Source: Gammaproteobacteria bacterium
GTDB lineage: Bacteria; Pseudomonadota; Gammaproteobacteria; Burkholderiales; SHXO01
DNA length: 64,000 nucleotides
Assembly: GCA_041488355.1 (NCBI GenBank)
Contig: JBGPPC010000001.1
Location: 1,758 to 65,757, forward strand
Direction of reading: 5' to 3'
In this document: piece by piece, positions 1-13,245 of the stretch
How the letters are laid out: each line of letters starts with the position of its first letter
Position numbering within the stretch: position 1 is the first letter of the stretch
Made by a program: the position numbers and the translations under genes
Notes under the pieces: model-generated
The model's input: the letters and a program-made list of their open reading frames with translations, nothing else
Database searches by the model: none
Told to the model about the DNA's origin: nothing

Positions 1-768
1 CTCGAGATGCAGCCCGCCCGCCTCGCTCTTCAGCGTGCCGGGGATGAGGTTCATGCGCGGGGAGCCCATGAAGCCCGCGACGAACGTGTTGGCGGGGCGG
101 TTGTAGATCTCCGCCGGTGAGCCGAGCTGCAGCAGCTCGCCCGCGCGCATGACCGCGATGCGCGTGGCCAGCGTCATGGCCTCGATCTGGTCGTGGGTAA
201 CGTAGACGATAGTTGCACCGAGCCGCTGGTGCAGCTTCTTGATCTCTGTGCGCATGTCCACACGCAGCTGCGCGTCGAGATTGGACAGCGGCTCGTCGAA
301 CAGGAAAATGCGCGGCTTGCGCACCAGCGCGCGGCCCATCGCTACACGTTGGCGCTGGCCACCCGAGAGCTGCGCGGGGCGGCGGTCGAGCAGATGGTCG
401 ATCTGCAGTGTCTTGGAGACTTCCTTCACCGCCTGTTCCCGCTCCGGCTTGGGCACCTTGCGCATCTCCATGCCGAACGCGATGTTCTCCTTCACCGACA
501 TGTTCGGATACAGCGCGTAGGACTGGAACACCATGGCGATGTCGCGCTCGCTCGGGTGCAGGTCGTTGACGCGTCGGCCGCCGATGCGTATGTCGCCCTC
601 GGAAACCGTGTCCAGCCCGGCAATCATGTTCAGGAGCGTGGACTTGCCGCAGCCCGAGGGGCCGACTAGCACGAGGAACTCGCCGGCGTCTACCGAGATG
701 TCGATGCCCTTGAGAATGTCGAGTTCGCCGTAGCGTTTGCGGATGTTGAGCAGCTCGAGCGATGCCAT
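1..768 (-). CDS. Sugar-type ABC transporter ATP-binding protein (MalK/UgpC-like); 3' end runs off the window
   Basis: Reverse-strand reading from ATG (complement of 766-768, preceded by GGAGGAGG) gives [15 protein letters not shown]. Walker [10 protein letters not shown], signature LSGGQRQR and Walker [10 protein letters not shown] read directly from the sequence. It is missing from the ORF track because it is open at the window edge. Confidence 0.9.
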   Translation of the reverse strand, partial: MASLELLNIRKRYGELDILKGIDISVDAGEFLVLVGPSGCGKSTLLNMIAGLDTVSEGDIRIGGRRVNDLHPSERDIAMVFQSYALYPNMSVKENIAFGMEMRKVPKPEREQAVKEVSKTLQIDHLLDRRPAQLSGGQRQRVAMGRALVRKPRIFLFDEPLSNLDAQLRVDMRTEIKKLHQRLGATIVYVTHDQIEAMTLATRIAVMRAGELLQLGSPAEIYNRPANTFVAGFMGSPRMNLIPGTLKSEAGGLHLE

Positions 769-788
769 CTTGCGTCCTCCTCCCTGCC

Positions 789-1679
789 TCAGCCCTTCAC
801 CGACCCGGTCATCAAACCGCGTACGAAGTAGCGTCCCCCCACGATGTACACCAGCAGCGTGGGCAGGGCTGCGATCACGGCCGCGGCCATGTGCACGTTG
901 TATTCCCGCTCTCCGGTGGAGGTGTTCACGACGTTGTTCAGCGCCACCGTCATCGGCGCGCTCTCTCCCGTCGAGAAGGAGGCGCCAAATAGAAAATCGT
1001 TCCAGATGTTGGTGAACTGCCAGATCACCGTCACCACCACGATGGGGGCGGAGTTGGGCACCAGGATGCGGAAGAAGATGGAGAAGAACTTCGCGCCATC
1101 GATCATGGCCGCGCGGATCAGCTCGTCGGGGAACGCGACGTAGTAGTTGCGGAAGTACAGCGTCGTGAAGGCCAGGCCGTACACCACGTGCACGAGCACC
1201 AGCCCAGGGGTCGAGGAAGCGATCCCGAGCTTGCCGAGCAGGGTTGCCATGGGGATGAGCACGATCTGGAACGGAATGAAGCAGCCGAACAGGATCAGGC
1301 CGAACAGCAGGTCGGCGCCCCTGAAGCGCCACTTGGTGAGTACGTAGCCGTTGAGCATGCCGATGGCGGTGGAGATGATCACCGCAGCCACGGTCATCTT
1401 GGTCGAGTTCCAGAAGTAGCCCTTGATGCCGCGGCAGCTCAAGCCAACGCACGTTTGCCCCCAGGCGTCGATCCAGGGTTTCACCGTCCACTCCTGAGGC
1501 AGCGCGATGATGCTGCCCGAATAGATCTCCGGCAGCGGCTTGAGCGAGGTGAGCAGCATCACCACCAGAGGCAGCACATAAATTGCCGCGAAGAACAGCA
1601 GCAGCCCATAGATGACGAAGGCGGACCACCGCACGCCCGTGCCCTTGACCATCTGCGGCGAGTCCCATTGCTGAGCCAT
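789..1679 (-). CDS. Carbohydrate ABC transporter permease (MalG/UgpE-like)
   Basis: 296-aa hydrophobic ORF with an EAA-type loop ([26 protein letters not shown]). It lies between a second permease and the ATPase. Confidence 0.9.
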   Translation of the reverse strand: MAQQWDSPQMVKGTGVRWSAFVIYGLLLFFAAIYVLPLVVMLLTSLKPLPEIYSGSIIALPQEWTVKPWIDAWGQTCVGLSCRGIKGYFWNSTKMTVAAVIISTAIGMLNGYVLTKWRFRGADLLFGLILFGCFIPFQIVLIPMATLLGKLGIASSTPGLVLVHVVYGLAFTTLYFRNYYVAFPDELIRAAMIDGAKFFSIFFRILVPNSAPIVVVTVIWQFTNIWNDFLFGASFSTGESAPMTVALNNVVNTSTGEREYNVHMAAAVIAALPTLLVYIVGGRYFVRGLMTGSVKG

Positions 1680-1701
1680 TGCGGTTTCCTTGTTCTCGCC
1701 G

Positions 1702-2625
1702 TCAGTGCGACCGCTTCCCAGCGGCGCGCATCTCGGAGTACAGGTACGGGACCATGATCGCCACGATCGTGAGCAGCATCATCACCGCGCTGGCCGCGCC
1801 CATGCCTAGCTGGTTACGCGTGAAGGTGTGCGCGTACATGAAAGTCGAGGGCAGCTCTGTGGCATAGCCGGGACCGCCACCGGTGAGCGCCACCACCAGC
1901 TCGTAGCTCTTGATGGCCAGGTGCGCGAGGATGATGAGCGCGCCCATGAACACGGGCCGCAATTGCGGAATGACGATGCGCCAGTAGATCTTGGGCAGCG
2001 ATGCCCCGTCGAGAGACGCCGCCTTGATGAGATCCTGGTCGATGCCGCGCAGGCCGGCCAGGAACATGGCCATGACGAAGCCGGTGGCTTGCCACACGCC
2101 GGCCATCACCACGCAGTAGATGGCCATCTCCTCGCTCACGATCCAGTCGAACTTGAAGTTCTGGAAGCCCCACCCCTGCACCAGCTTTTCGATGCCCAGG
2201 CCGGGATTGAGCATCCACTTCCACGCCGTGCCGGTGACGATGAAAGACAGCGCCAGCGGGTAAAGATAGATGGCGCGTAGCGTTCCCTCCTGGCGGATGC
2301 GCTGGTCGAGCAAGATGGCGAGCAATAGCCCCAGCGCCATGCACAGCACGATGTAAAGCATTCCGAATATCGCGAGGTTGTGAATCGCCACCTGCCAGCG
2401 CGGGTGGTTCCACACGCGCACGTACTGCAGGAAGCCGACCAATTCGTGTATCGGGTAGCCCTTGGACGGCGTGAACGACAGGTAGGCGGTCCACAGAATG
2501 AACCCGTACACGAAGACGAGCGAGACCACGAGCGTGGGTGAGAGCACGAGCTTGGGCAGGCTGCGCTGCAGCCAGCGGTCGGCTGCGCTCCAGGTTGCCG
2601 GTGCGGGCCCGGTGCTCGAATCCAT
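1702..2625 (-). CDS. Carbohydrate ABC transporter permease (MalF/UgpA-like)
   Basis: Multi-span ORF with EAA loop KAASLDGASLPKIYWRIVIPQLRP. Start placed at the internal ATG (complement of 2623-2625) preceded by GGGGGAGG, rather than at the track start 2685. Confidence 0.88.
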   Translation of the reverse strand: MDSSTGPAPATWSAADRWLQRSLPKLVLSPTLVVSLVFVYGFILWTAYLSFTPSKGYPIHELVGFLQYVRVWNHPRWQVAIHNLAIFGMLYIVLCMALGLLLAILLDQRIRQEGTLRAIYLYPLALSFIVTGTAWKWMLNPGLGIEKLVQGWGFQNFKFDWIVSEEMAIYCVVMAGVWQATGFVMAMFLAGLRGIDQDLIKAASLDGASLPKIYWRIVIPQLRPVFMGALIILAHLAIKSYELVVALTGGGPGYATELPSTFMYAHTFTRNQLGMGAASAVMMLLTIVAIMVPYLYSEMRAAGKRSH

Positions 2626-2688
2626 GCGGCCTCCCCCTACTGAGCTTTGTGCAATCGGCTCAGAAACTCGTATGCGACAAACCACTCA

Positions 2689-2731
2689 CCCCCACCCCTC
2701 CCCCGCTCGCGGGGGAGGGAGAGGGAGGGGG
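2689..2731. repeat. GC-rich palindromic (REP-like) hairpin, slightly degenerate copy
   Basis: CCCCCACCCCTCCCCC-GCTCGC-GGGGGAGGGAGAGGGAGGGGG, located between the binding-protein and permease genes. It is the same element as the perfect copy at 33653-33700. Confidence 0.75.
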
Positions 2732-2766
2732 CACGATCGCCACTTGGTGTTAGGCAATTCTGTTCG

Positions 2767-4023
2767 CTACTTCGACGCCGCCACCGCCGCGACGAGTTGC
2801 TTGGTCGCCTCGGCCGGGTTCTTGCCAGAGTTGAAAAACTTAGTGACCACGTCGATCATCGCGCCCTTGATCGACTCGGGCACCGCGTGACCGTGGGCGA
2901 AGCTGCCGACCATCGCGTTGTTCTTCAGCGCTATCTTCAAATCTGCCATGGACTTCTTGCCGCAGAGGTCGAACTTCGCGTCGGAGACGTCCATGCGCGC
3001 TGGTATGGAACCCTTCACCAGGTTGAATTGCTCCTGGAAGTTCTTGTCCATGATCGCGCTGGCGAGCGCCAGTTGTCCGGCCTCCTGCGCCTTGGCAACC
3101 TTGAACATGGCGAAGGCGTCGGAGTTGAAGGAGAAGTCGCCTTCGGTGCCCGGATACTGGAAGCAAAGGAAGTCCACGCCCGGCTTCTTGCCGGCCTTGA
3201 GGAACTCGCCCTTGGCCCAGTCGCCCATGATCTGCATGCCGGCCTTGCCGTTGATCACCATGGCGGTGGCCAGATTCCAGTCGCGGCCGGGGAAGTTCGG
3301 GTCGACCAACCCGCGCAGCTTCTGCATCTGCTCGAACGCCTTCTCCATGGTCTTGCTGCCGAGCGCGCTCGGGTCCAGCTCAATGAGCGCCTTGCGGTAG
3401 AACTCGGGACCGCCGGCCGACATCACCGCGCTGTCGAAGATGGTGGCGTCCTGCCACGGCTGGCCACCGTGCGCGAGCGGGATGTAGCCCGCCTTGCGGA
3501 TCTTCTCAGCCGCGACGAGCAGCTCGTCGAAGGTCTTCGGCGGCGCGATCTGCAGCTCGTCGAAGATCTTCTTGTTGGCCCAGATCCAATTGGTGCGGTG
3601 GATGTTCACCGGCGCGGCAACCCAGCGGCCCTTGTACTGGTCGAACTTCTGCAGGGGCGCGGGGACTACCTTTGCCCAGCCTTCCTTGGTCGCCACCGGG
3701 GTGAGGTCGCCGAGCAGGCCCTCTTCGGCGTAGTCGGTGATGATGAAGCCCAGCATCTGCATGGCCTCGGGCGGGTTGCCCGCCGCCACGCGAGCGCGCA
3801 GAACGGTGCGGGCTTGGTCGCCACCGCCGCCCGCGACCGGGCTGTCCTTCCAGCCGTAGCCACGCTTCTGCATGTCTTCCTTGAGCACGTTCAACGCGGC
3901 CGCCTCGCCGCCCGAGGTCCACCAGTGGACCACCTCCACAACCTGCTCCGCTGCGCTTGCCGTCACACTGGTCACGCCGAATGCCGCCGCGACGATGGCG
4001 ACGATGGTCTTGGTTCGCATCAC
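2767..4023 (-). CDS. Extracellular solute-binding protein of a sugar ABC transporter
   Basis: 418 aa with signal peptide [32 protein letters not shown] lies upstream of the start. The gene is adjacent to the permeases. Confidence 0.9.
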   Translation of the reverse strand: MMRTKTIVAIVAAAFGVTSVTASAAEQVVEVVHWWTSGGEAAALNVLKEDMQKRGYGWKDSPVAGGGGDQARTVLRARVAAGNPPEAMQMLGFIITDYAEEGLLGDLTPVATKEGWAKVVPAPLQKFDQYKGRWVAAPVNIHRTNWIWANKKIFDELQIAPPKTFDELLVAAEKIRKAGYIPLAHGGQPWQDATIFDSAVMSAGGPEFYRKALIELDPSALGSKTMEKAFEQMQKLRGLVDPNFPGRDWNLATAMVINGKAGMQIMGDWAKGEFLKAGKKPGVDFLCFQYPGTEGDFSFNSDAFAMFKVAKAQEAGQLALASAIMDKNFQEQFNLVKGSIPARMDVSDAKFDLCGKKSMADLKIALKNNAMVGSFAHGHAVPESIKGAMIDVVTKFFNSGKNPAEATKQLVAAVAASK

Positions 4024-4141
4024 ACTCCTCCTCTTACGTTTGTCATATGTACCCGGCCGTGACCGGGCGTCCGGAACACCTGGCTACTTCACTGCTCTTA
4101 CTGCCCCATCTTGGTCGCAGCATTCGGCAACGAAGTTCATG

Positions 4142-4910
4142 TCACTTCCCTTGGTAGCTCGGTGCGCGCCGCTCGCGGAAGCTGGCGAGCCCTTCGCGCG
4201 CGTCCTGCGTGCAGCCAGCCAACGCCCCGGCCATCCCCTCGAGCGCGTAGGCGAGCCCGGCACCGCTGGACGCGTCGATCAGCTGCTTGGTGAGCTGCAC
4301 GGAAATTGGCGCCAGAGCGCAGATATCTCGGGCGAGGCGCGCGGCTGCTGCCATCACACCCTCGTCACCCGCCAGCTCCTGCACGAGTCCGATGCGCGAA
4401 GCTTCCTCCGCGGAGATGCGGCGCCCGGTCAGCGCGAGGTACTTCACGCGGGAGGGCCCGAGCAGGCCCGTGAGTCGTTGCGTGCCTGACCAGCCCGGAC
4501 ACGTGGCGATGGACGCTTCGGGCAAACCGAACTGGGCCGAGGCCGGCGCGATGCGCAGGTCTGCAGCGGCCGCGAGCTCCAGGCCGCCGCCCAGTGCATG
4601 GCCGTTGATCGCGGCGATCACGGGCTGACGCAGCCGCGCCCATTGGTCGAACACCTGATGCCCGCGCTTGGTCCAGACGCGCCACATGTCCAGGGGTTCG
4701 AGCGCCGACCAGGCGTTGATGTCCGCGCCGACACAAAAGGCGCGCTCTCCAGCGCCGGTGAGGATCACGCAGCGCACTGCGGGGTCGGCGTCGAGCTGCG
4801 CCGCGATGCGCGCGAGCGCATCGATCATTCCCATGGTCAGCGCATTGAGCTTCTCGGGCCGGTTCAAAGTCACGGTTGCCACCGGGCCGTCGATGGCGAG
4901 CAGCACGGTC

Positions 4911-4918
<8 letters not shown>
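4142..4918 (-). CDS. Enoyl-CoA hydratase/isomerase (crotonase) family protein
   Basis: 258 aa with crotonase motifs ILTGAGERAFCVGADI and AAINGHALGGGLELAAAAD. It overlaps the upstream CoA-transferase gene by 8 nt. Confidence 0.9.
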
Positions 4919-7543
<2,625 letters not shown>

Positions 7544-7596
7544 TTAGCCGCGGGTCCTGTGCTCAAATTAGCGTCGTTCGATCGTTCCAAATATGA

Positions 7597-7610
7597 TTGG
7601 AACGTTCCAA
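7597..7610. promoter_or_regulatory. Candidate LacI-family operator (perfect 14-bp palindrome TTGGAACGTTCCAA)
   Basis: Perfect palindrome with a central CG, in the divergent region between the LacI gene and the operon. Extra half-sites lie just upstream (CGTTCCAA at 7583-7590, TTGGAACG at 7597-7604). Confidence 0.6.
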
Positions 7611-7669
7611 TGTTGGCAATATCGCGAAATTAGCATTGCTTGTCAATACCCCGCCCACAGGACACGCCT

Positions 7670-8773
7670 ATGCCTGCGCAAGCCCCAGGTAAACCCCCGG
7701 GACGCCCGCCCACGATAACCGACATCGCCGAAGCAGCGCATGTGTCCAAGTCCACCGTGTCCCTTGTCCTCCAGGGCAGCCCATTGATCAAGGCGGAGAC
7801 TGCGACCCGCGTGCGGGGGGTGGCCGACGCGCTCGGCTACGTCTACAACCGCAGCGCCGCCGATCTCCGGCGCCGGGCGTCGAACATGATCGGGACAGTC
7901 ATCAACGACCTGACCAATCCCTTCTTCGCCGAACTGCTGGTGGGATTGGAACGCGAGCTGGCGGATGCCGGATACGTCACCCTCATGGCGCACACGGGCG
8001 AGGACCTGCAGACCCAGGAGCGGGTGCTCGCTTCGATGCGCGAGTACCACGCCGCGGGCCTCATCCTGTGTCCGGCCTTCGATACCTCCCCAGCGCTGCT
8101 GCAACAGATCCGCGCGTGGCACATCCCGGTGCTCATCGTGGTGCGCCCGGTCGGTGACGAGAGCTTCGACTTCGCGGGCTCGGACAACGAGACGGGGACC
8201 TTTGCGGCCACGACCCACCTTGCCGAGCGCGGGCACCGGCGCATCGCATTTCTCGGCCGCGTTGGCGGCGGGCCGGTCTACGAGCTGCGGCGCCGCGGGT
8301 TCGCGCGTGCGATGCGCGACCACAGTCTCACGATCGAGGACGAGTGGCTGATCGACATCCCGCCGACCCGCGAGGGCGGGCGTGCAGGAATCCGCCAGGC
8401 GCTTGCCCTGCGCAGCCGGCCGACGGCGGCGTTCTGCTACAACGACATCGTCGCCTTTGGCGCGCTCAGCGAGCTGGGCGAGCGCGGGCTGAGGGCGGGC
8501 CGCGACTTCTCCATCGTCGGCTTCGACGGCATAGCCGACGGCGCGCACTCGAATCCCCCGCTGACCACGATCAGCGTGGACCCCGCGCGTCTCGGCGCGT
8601 CCGCTGCGCAGTTGCTGCTCACGCGCCTGCGCGAACCCTCGAGTCCACCGCTGCGCTATCTAGCGCAACCGCAGCTCATTGTCCGCCAGTCTTCCGGCTG
8701 GGCCGAGGGCGCGCGCGCAACGACAGTAGAGCCAGAGGCCTTGCGCGAACCTTTGGAGAGGAGAACGACATAG
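7670..8773 (+). CDS. LacI family transcriptional regulator
   Basis: N-terminal HTH (TITDIAEAAHVSKSTVSLVLQG) followed by a periplasmic-binding-protein-like sugar-binding core. The ATG at 7670 is preferred over the TTG at 7640. Confidence 0.9.
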   Translation: MPAQAPGKPPGRPPTITDIAEAAHVSKSTVSLVLQGSPLIKAETATRVRGVADALGYVYNRSAADLRRRASNMIGTVINDLTNPFFAELLVGLERELADAGYVTLMAHTGEDLQTQERVLASMREYHAAGLILCPAFDTSPALLQQIRAWHIPVLIVVRPVGDESFDFAGSDNETGTFAATTHLAERGHRRIAFLGRVGGGPVYELRRRGFARAMRDHSLTIEDEWLIDIPPTREGGRAGIRQALALRSRPTAAFCYNDIVAFGALSELGERGLRAGRDFSIVGFDGIADGAHSNPPLTTISVDPARLGASAAQLLLTRLREPSSPPLRYLAQPQLIVRQSSGWAEGARATTVEPEALREPLERRTT

Positions 8774-8858
8774 CACCCGATCCGAGACGGCCCAGGAAGC
8801 TCGCCGCAGGCGACGGCCTCCCGGAAGTGACCGCTCAGGTCTCAGGCCTTCGCGCCGC

Positions 8859-9296
8859 GTGAAAGACTCGACAATCGATCTCGACCGCGCCGTGATCGGA
8901 GCCGTCACGCGGCGAGCCACGCACGTCGCGGTACACCTTCCTCGAGTGACGCTGCGTGCGCGCAGCGCGAGCGGGGTGCAAGTCGATCATAGCGTGGAGG
9001 TGGAAATGCGCCTCTGGGGCGGCAGCGTCGAGCAACACCCACGGCGGCTCCCTCGCCCGCTGTCTGACTGGGGGCTGTACCATGCCGGCGGAAAGCGCAG
9101 CGGCCCGCTGCCCGCTAGCTTCAGCGCGTCCGGCAACCTGCGGCTCGTCTTCGCATTCGACGCTGACGAGCCGCTGGTCATCACCGGATCGCGCCTCACC
9201 CTACGCCTGCTGAAGCGTCCCGTGAAACCAGCGCAGAGCACGCGTGGGACCATACGTCCCGCATCACGCCATGTGCGACCCAAACTCCGGCCGTAG
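8859..9296 (+). CDS. Hypothetical protein (weak call)
   Basis: 145-aa ORF with a GTG start. It is the only ORF here with non-random-looking composition and has no recognisable motif. Confidence 0.3.
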   Translation: MKDSTIDLDRAVIGAVTRRATHVAVHLPRVTLRARSASGVQVDHSVEVEMRLWGGSVEQHPRRLPRPLSDWGLYHAGGKRSGPLPASFSASGNLRLVFAFDADEPLVITGSRLTLRLLKRPVKPAQSTRGTIRPASRHVRPKLRP

Positions 9297-9399
9297 GGGC
9301 CCCATGACGTTTGCCCGTTCACGCGGCGCGCTCGTGCCTCATTGATTCCAACGGTTTACTATAGCTGCTCGTCGCGCCCATCGAGGTAGAGCTTGATTC

Positions 9400-10200
9400 A
9401 TGCGCTCTAAGAGAGTGGCGATTTTGGAAAGCCGGTTCGGCCAGCAGATGGTCGAGCTCGTCACCAAGCATGGCGGTCAGCCATTTCATGCTCCCGCGCT
9501 GGCCGAGATTCCGGACGTCGACCATGCCTACATCGCCATGCTCGTGAATGAACTGCAATCGCGTCCTGCAAGAATGGCGATCTTCCAGACTGGCGTCGGC
9601 ACCCACGCGCTTTTCAAAGCGACCGATGGGCTCGGGCTTACCGAAAAGCTGCTCGCCCTGCTAGCAAACGCTCTAGTCGTGGTGCGCGGCCCCAAGCCGA
9701 CCGCAGCGTTGCGCTCGCGCGGCGTGCGTATCGATCTCAATGCAAAAGAGCCTTTCACCACCGCCGAAGTTTTGGGGGCGTTGCAGGCGGTGCCGCTCGA
9801 AGGCGAGAGGGTGATCGTGCAACGCTACGGCGTGACCAACGTGGAGCTGGAAGAGGCGCTAAAGGTCAGGGGGGCGGAGGTGATCGAGATACCGACGTAT
9901 CGCTGGTCGCTGCCGGAAAATATTCAACCGCTGGTTGAATTGATGGACGCCCTAGAGCGCCGTGAGATAGACGCTGTGGCATTCACCAACGCGGCGCAGG
10001 TTTACAATCTGTTCGCCGTGGCCGAAAAGCTGGGCCGGGCGGATGCGCTGCGGGGCAGTCTCAACCGCACATTGGTTGCGTCCATAGGCCCGGTGTCCTC
10101 CAGCGCGTTGCAGCATTTCGGGGTGACGGTGGGCCTCGAATCCAGCCCTCCCAAGCTCGGACCACTGGTTTCGGCGCTCGACGAGACGCTCTCGCGCTGA
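9400..10200 (+). CDS. Uroporphyrinogen-III synthase (HemD) family protein
   Basis: 266 aa with a two-lobed HemD-like pattern (VAILESR, IFQTGVG, VVRGPKPTAALR, AVAFTNAAQV, VASIGPVSS). No other haem-biosynthesis genes are nearby. Confidence 0.75.
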   Translation: MRSKRVAILESRFGQQMVELVTKHGGQPFHAPALAEIPDVDHAYIAMLVNELQSRPARMAIFQTGVGTHALFKATDGLGLTEKLLALLANALVVVRGPKPTAALRSRGVRIDLNAKEPFTTAEVLGALQAVPLEGERVIVQRYGVTNVELEEALKVRGAEVIEIPTYRWSLPENIQPLVELMDALERREIDAVAFTNAAQVYNLFAVAEKLGRADALRGSLNRTLVASIGPVSSSALQHFGVTVGLESSPPKLGPLVSALDETLSR

Positions 10201-10206
10201 TCGTGC

Positions 10207-10229
10207 GCCGCCCGCCCATCACGGGCGGC
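10207..10229 (+). terminator. Stem-loop after the HemD-like gene
   Basis: GCCGCCCG-CCCATCA-CGGGCGGC, 7 nt after the stop codon. The U-tract is weak. Confidence 0.35.
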
Positions 10230-10234
10230 TCGTT

Positions 10235-10577
10235 CATGAAGTCTTCTTGGACACGCCCGACACCACTCGGAAGGCTCACAACCTTCGCCGGAACCCGAGG
10301 ATCGCTTTCGTCATCGGAGGGCTGACCCCCGGTGACGAACGGACCATGCAGTATCTCGAGCGCGATTGCCAGATCTGCAGTCAACGCTGTAGTCAGTCGA
10401 CGCTTCGTGAAGAAGCAACAGATGCGCTGGTCGCCGCCCGGTGCGCAGCATCTGCTCAACATCCGCACGCAAGTACTCACTGGGACGGCTCGGCTGTCAG
10501 CCACAAAGGGACTGAACCGGCACAGGGCAACTAGGGCCGCCCCTCCGGGTGCACTTCGCGTTTCGATGGACTGGTGA
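10235..10577 (+). pseudogene. Gene-remnant scar: a PNPOx-like fragment plus a transposase C-terminal remnant
   Basis: Frame 1 reads ..TRKAHNLRRNPRIAFVIGGLTPGDERTMQYLE, which resembles pyridoxamine-phosphate-oxidase-fold proteins. The overlapping frame reads ..RRFVKKQQMRWSPPGAQHLLNIRTQVLTG, a C-terminal motif I associate with ISKra4/UPF0236-type transposases. Neither is a complete gene. Confidence 0.35.
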
Positions 10578-10846
10578 AAGTACAACCAAGTGCAATAGCT
10601 GATAATCTCTAGCAGGAAGGCGGTGCCGCTGGTTAAAGGGCGGGGGATAGACAGCTTTCATGCAGTCACCTCATCACGCCCCAGCAGACTTAACCCTGCT
10701 GCAGTGCGGCGACGTCCGCAGATACTATAAAGCCTGGGTGTCCCGACCGACAAACTGGACAATATGCCGTCTCCCCGAGAACGGTACCGATGCCGCCGGG
10801 GACAGCGGTGCTCCGCAAGCCCACCAATCGCAAACAGGGTAAGGCT

Positions 10847-11731
10847 ATGAAGCGCAACCACTCCGACGATCAGGGCACCCATGGCCGCGCCAGAGATAAA
10901 GCGCCGAGCGACCGCGGCTCGGTGCAGTCGCTTATTCGTGCGCTTTCTTTGCTTGAGATTCTGGCCGAGGACGACGAGGGCTACCGGCTGGTGGATCTCG
11001 CGCTGCGCACCGGCCTTTCGACCTCTACCGCGCATCGCCTGCTCACAACGCTGGAGCAAAAGCGATTCGTCCAGTTCGATCACCAGACCAGCCTCTGGCA
11101 TGTAGGCGCGCAGTGCTTCTCGGTAGGCACCGCCTTCGGACGACGGCGGAATCTCGGCGAGATGGCTCACGCGGCGATGCGCCAGGTGCGCGACGCCACT
11201 GGCGAGACGGTGAACCTGGGACTGGCCGACCAAGGTACCGTGCTGTTCGTTAGTCAGGTTGAAAGTCGAGAGCAGATCCGCGCGATTTCCCGCCCAGGCG
11301 GCCACGCCCCCCTGGTGTGCACCGCCCTGGGGCAGGCGATCCTTTCAGGCATGAAGGAGGGGGAAGTCGGTGAGATCGTGCAGAAGCACGGGCTGCCGCG
11401 ACTCACGCCCAACTCCATCGCACGACCGTCGGAGCTTTACAAGGTGCTTGAGGAAGTGCGGCGCGTGGGGTTCGCGGTCGACGATGAGCAGAACAGCCTG
11501 GGCCTGCGCTGCGTAGCCGCTACCATCTACAACGAGGTTTCTATGCCGATGGCTGCGGTGTCCATTGCGGGCCCGACGCTGCGCGTGACGCTGCAGCGGA
11601 TTCCCGAGCTAGGGCAGCAGGTTATGGCGGCAGCGCGAGAAATCACTCGCGCCATCGGCGGACGACTGCCGGCAACCCCACTGTCCAATGCGAGCGTAAA
11701 ACGCTCACTCACGCTGCTCTCCCGAGGTTAG
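10847..11731 (+). CDS. IclR family transcriptional regulator
   Basis: Winged HTH (SLIRALSLLEILAEDDEGYRLVDLALRTGLSTSTAHRLLTTLEQKRFV) followed by an IclR effector domain. Start taken at ATG 10847. Confidence 0.9.
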   Translation: MKRNHSDDQGTHGRARDKAPSDRGSVQSLIRALSLLEILAEDDEGYRLVDLALRTGLSTSTAHRLLTTLEQKRFVQFDHQTSLWHVGAQCFSVGTAFGRRRNLGEMAHAAMRQVRDATGETVNLGLADQGTVLFVSQVESREQIRAISRPGGHAPLVCTALGQAILSGMKEGEVGEIVQKHGLPRLTPNSIARPSELYKVLEEVRRVGFAVDDEQNSLGLRCVAATIYNEVSMPMAAVSIAGPTLRVTLQRIPELGQQVMAAAREITRAIGGRLPATPLSNASVKRSLTLLSRG

Positions 11732-12170
11732 CCTTGCGCGCACTCTCCCGATGCTGAATCTCGCGCTGGGATAAGCGGCTGTATCTACTGTGGCTTTTTA
11801 CTTGTCTGCCGCATGGTGAGATTGCTTCTCTACACGGATCGATTCAGTTCAGAATCGGCGCTATACATATAAGCAAGACTGGCAAGATCGGCTCGGTTAA
11901 TAGTCGCAGCCCCGATACCCGCGCCTTCCTGCCCTGCCCGTCTCGCTGTGGCATTCGTGCTCAGTTTAGGCTCAGCAATCGGTCGGTCAATCGATCGTTG
12001 CGTCTGAACCAACTACGAGCGGCGGTGGCAAGGAGCGCGGGTAACGAACGCGCAACTTCGGTTGCCGCGATAGGAACGCAGACGGTTAGTGCGGCGTCGC
12101 AGTACCCCCGCCGAGTTTGCGGTGCCGTTTGCGGCCTGCGAATGATGCGTCAGCCAGGAGGATGAATGAA

Positions 12171-13046
12171 ATGAGGTCGCCGCGAGAACGCTTCGATTAC
12201 TCTGCGATGGTGGACCGGAAACCCCTCAAGCTGCCAGGCGGGGCGCGGATTGCGGTGTGGACCATCGTGAACGTCGAGGAGTGGGACATCGAAGGACCGA
12301 TGCCGCGCGGCGTGCTTACCCCTCCGGCGGGCGCCCAGACCATCCCGGACGTCCCCAACTGGTCGTGGCACGAGTATGGAATGCGGGTCGGCTTCTGGCG
12401 CCTTAAGGCCGCACTGGACAAGAACGGCATCAAAGCTACGATGGCGGTCAACGCCTCGGTTTGCGTCTCCTACCCGCGGATCGCCAAGGCGGCGCTAGAG
12501 GGTGGCTGGGAGTTCATGGGCCACGGCTACAAACAGAGGGCTACGCATCTCATCGAAGATCAGCGGGGAATGGTCCGAAAATCGATCGAGACGATCCGCC
12601 AGTTCACAGGCAAGCCGCCCCGGGGGTGGCTGGGGCCGGGCCTGACGGAGACATGGGACACGTTGGACATCCTGGCTGAGGAAGGAATCGAGTACATCTC
12701 GGACTGGGTGAATGACGAACAGCCGTACGAGATCAAGACATCGGCGCGCCCGCTGGTGGTCGTTCCGTACTCGCTCGAGATCAATGATATCCCGATGATG
12801 TTGATTCAGCACCACGAAGCGCCGCAGTTGTTCAATCGCGCGCGCGATCAGTTCGACAGGCTGTACGAGGAAGGACAGGAGTCGGCGCGGATCATGGCGA
12901 TTGCCGTGCACCCATACATCAGCGGGGTGCCGCATCGCATCAAATACTTCGAGGAGATCTACGCGTATATGAAGCAGAAGTCCGGCGTCCTTTTCTGGAA
13001 GGGTGAAGATGTACTGGACTGGCATCTCGGCCGGATGAACCGGTGA
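12171..13046 (+). CDS. Polysaccharide deacetylase family protein (PuuE/allantoinase-like fold)
   Basis: RERFDYSAMVDRKPLKLPGGARIAVWTIVNVEEWD is typical of the PuuE-like deacetylase family. AGGAGG lies 10 nt upstream of ATG 12171. Confidence 0.8.
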   Translation: MRSPRERFDYSAMVDRKPLKLPGGARIAVWTIVNVEEWDIEGPMPRGVLTPPAGAQTIPDVPNWSWHEYGMRVGFWRLKAALDKNGIKATMAVNASVCVSYPRIAKAALEGGWEFMGHGYKQRATHLIEDQRGMVRKSIETIRQFTGKPPRGWLGPGLTETWDTLDILAEEGIEYISDWVNDEQPYEIKTSARPLVVVPYSLEINDIPMMLIQHHEAPQLFNRARDQFDRLYEEGQESARIMAIAVHPYISGVPHRIKYFEEIYAYMKQKSGVLFWKGEDVLDWHLGRMNR

Positions 13047-13245
13047 TAGCCTAGTGGCTTCGGTGGGCGGGAGCCGATCGCGGTCCCCGGGAGCAAGGCA
13101 GGTGTGAAATGTTCAGGGCATGGCACGTTGTGGGGGTCAATTGCGCAGCAGCGATCGCGAGCGCGGGATTGCTCCACTTCCTGCTGTTTTCGATTACGAG
13201 CAGCCGTTCGTCTAGGGCGCCAGCAACTGGTTGTGCGGCGGTCTG

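Noticed and set aside
2647-4062. Long ORFs antisense to, or out of frame with, well-supported genes. Examples: 2647-4062 (+), 22374-23519 (-), 34645-35763 (-), 35885-37360 (-), 51651-52781 (-), 61238-62380 (-), 62313-63392 (-).
   Set aside because: In GC-rich DNA, stop-free alternative frames are expected. Their products are Arg/Ala/Gly/Pro-rich with no recognisable motifs. Each is fully overlapped by an ORF with clear family signatures, ribosome-binding sites and operon logic.
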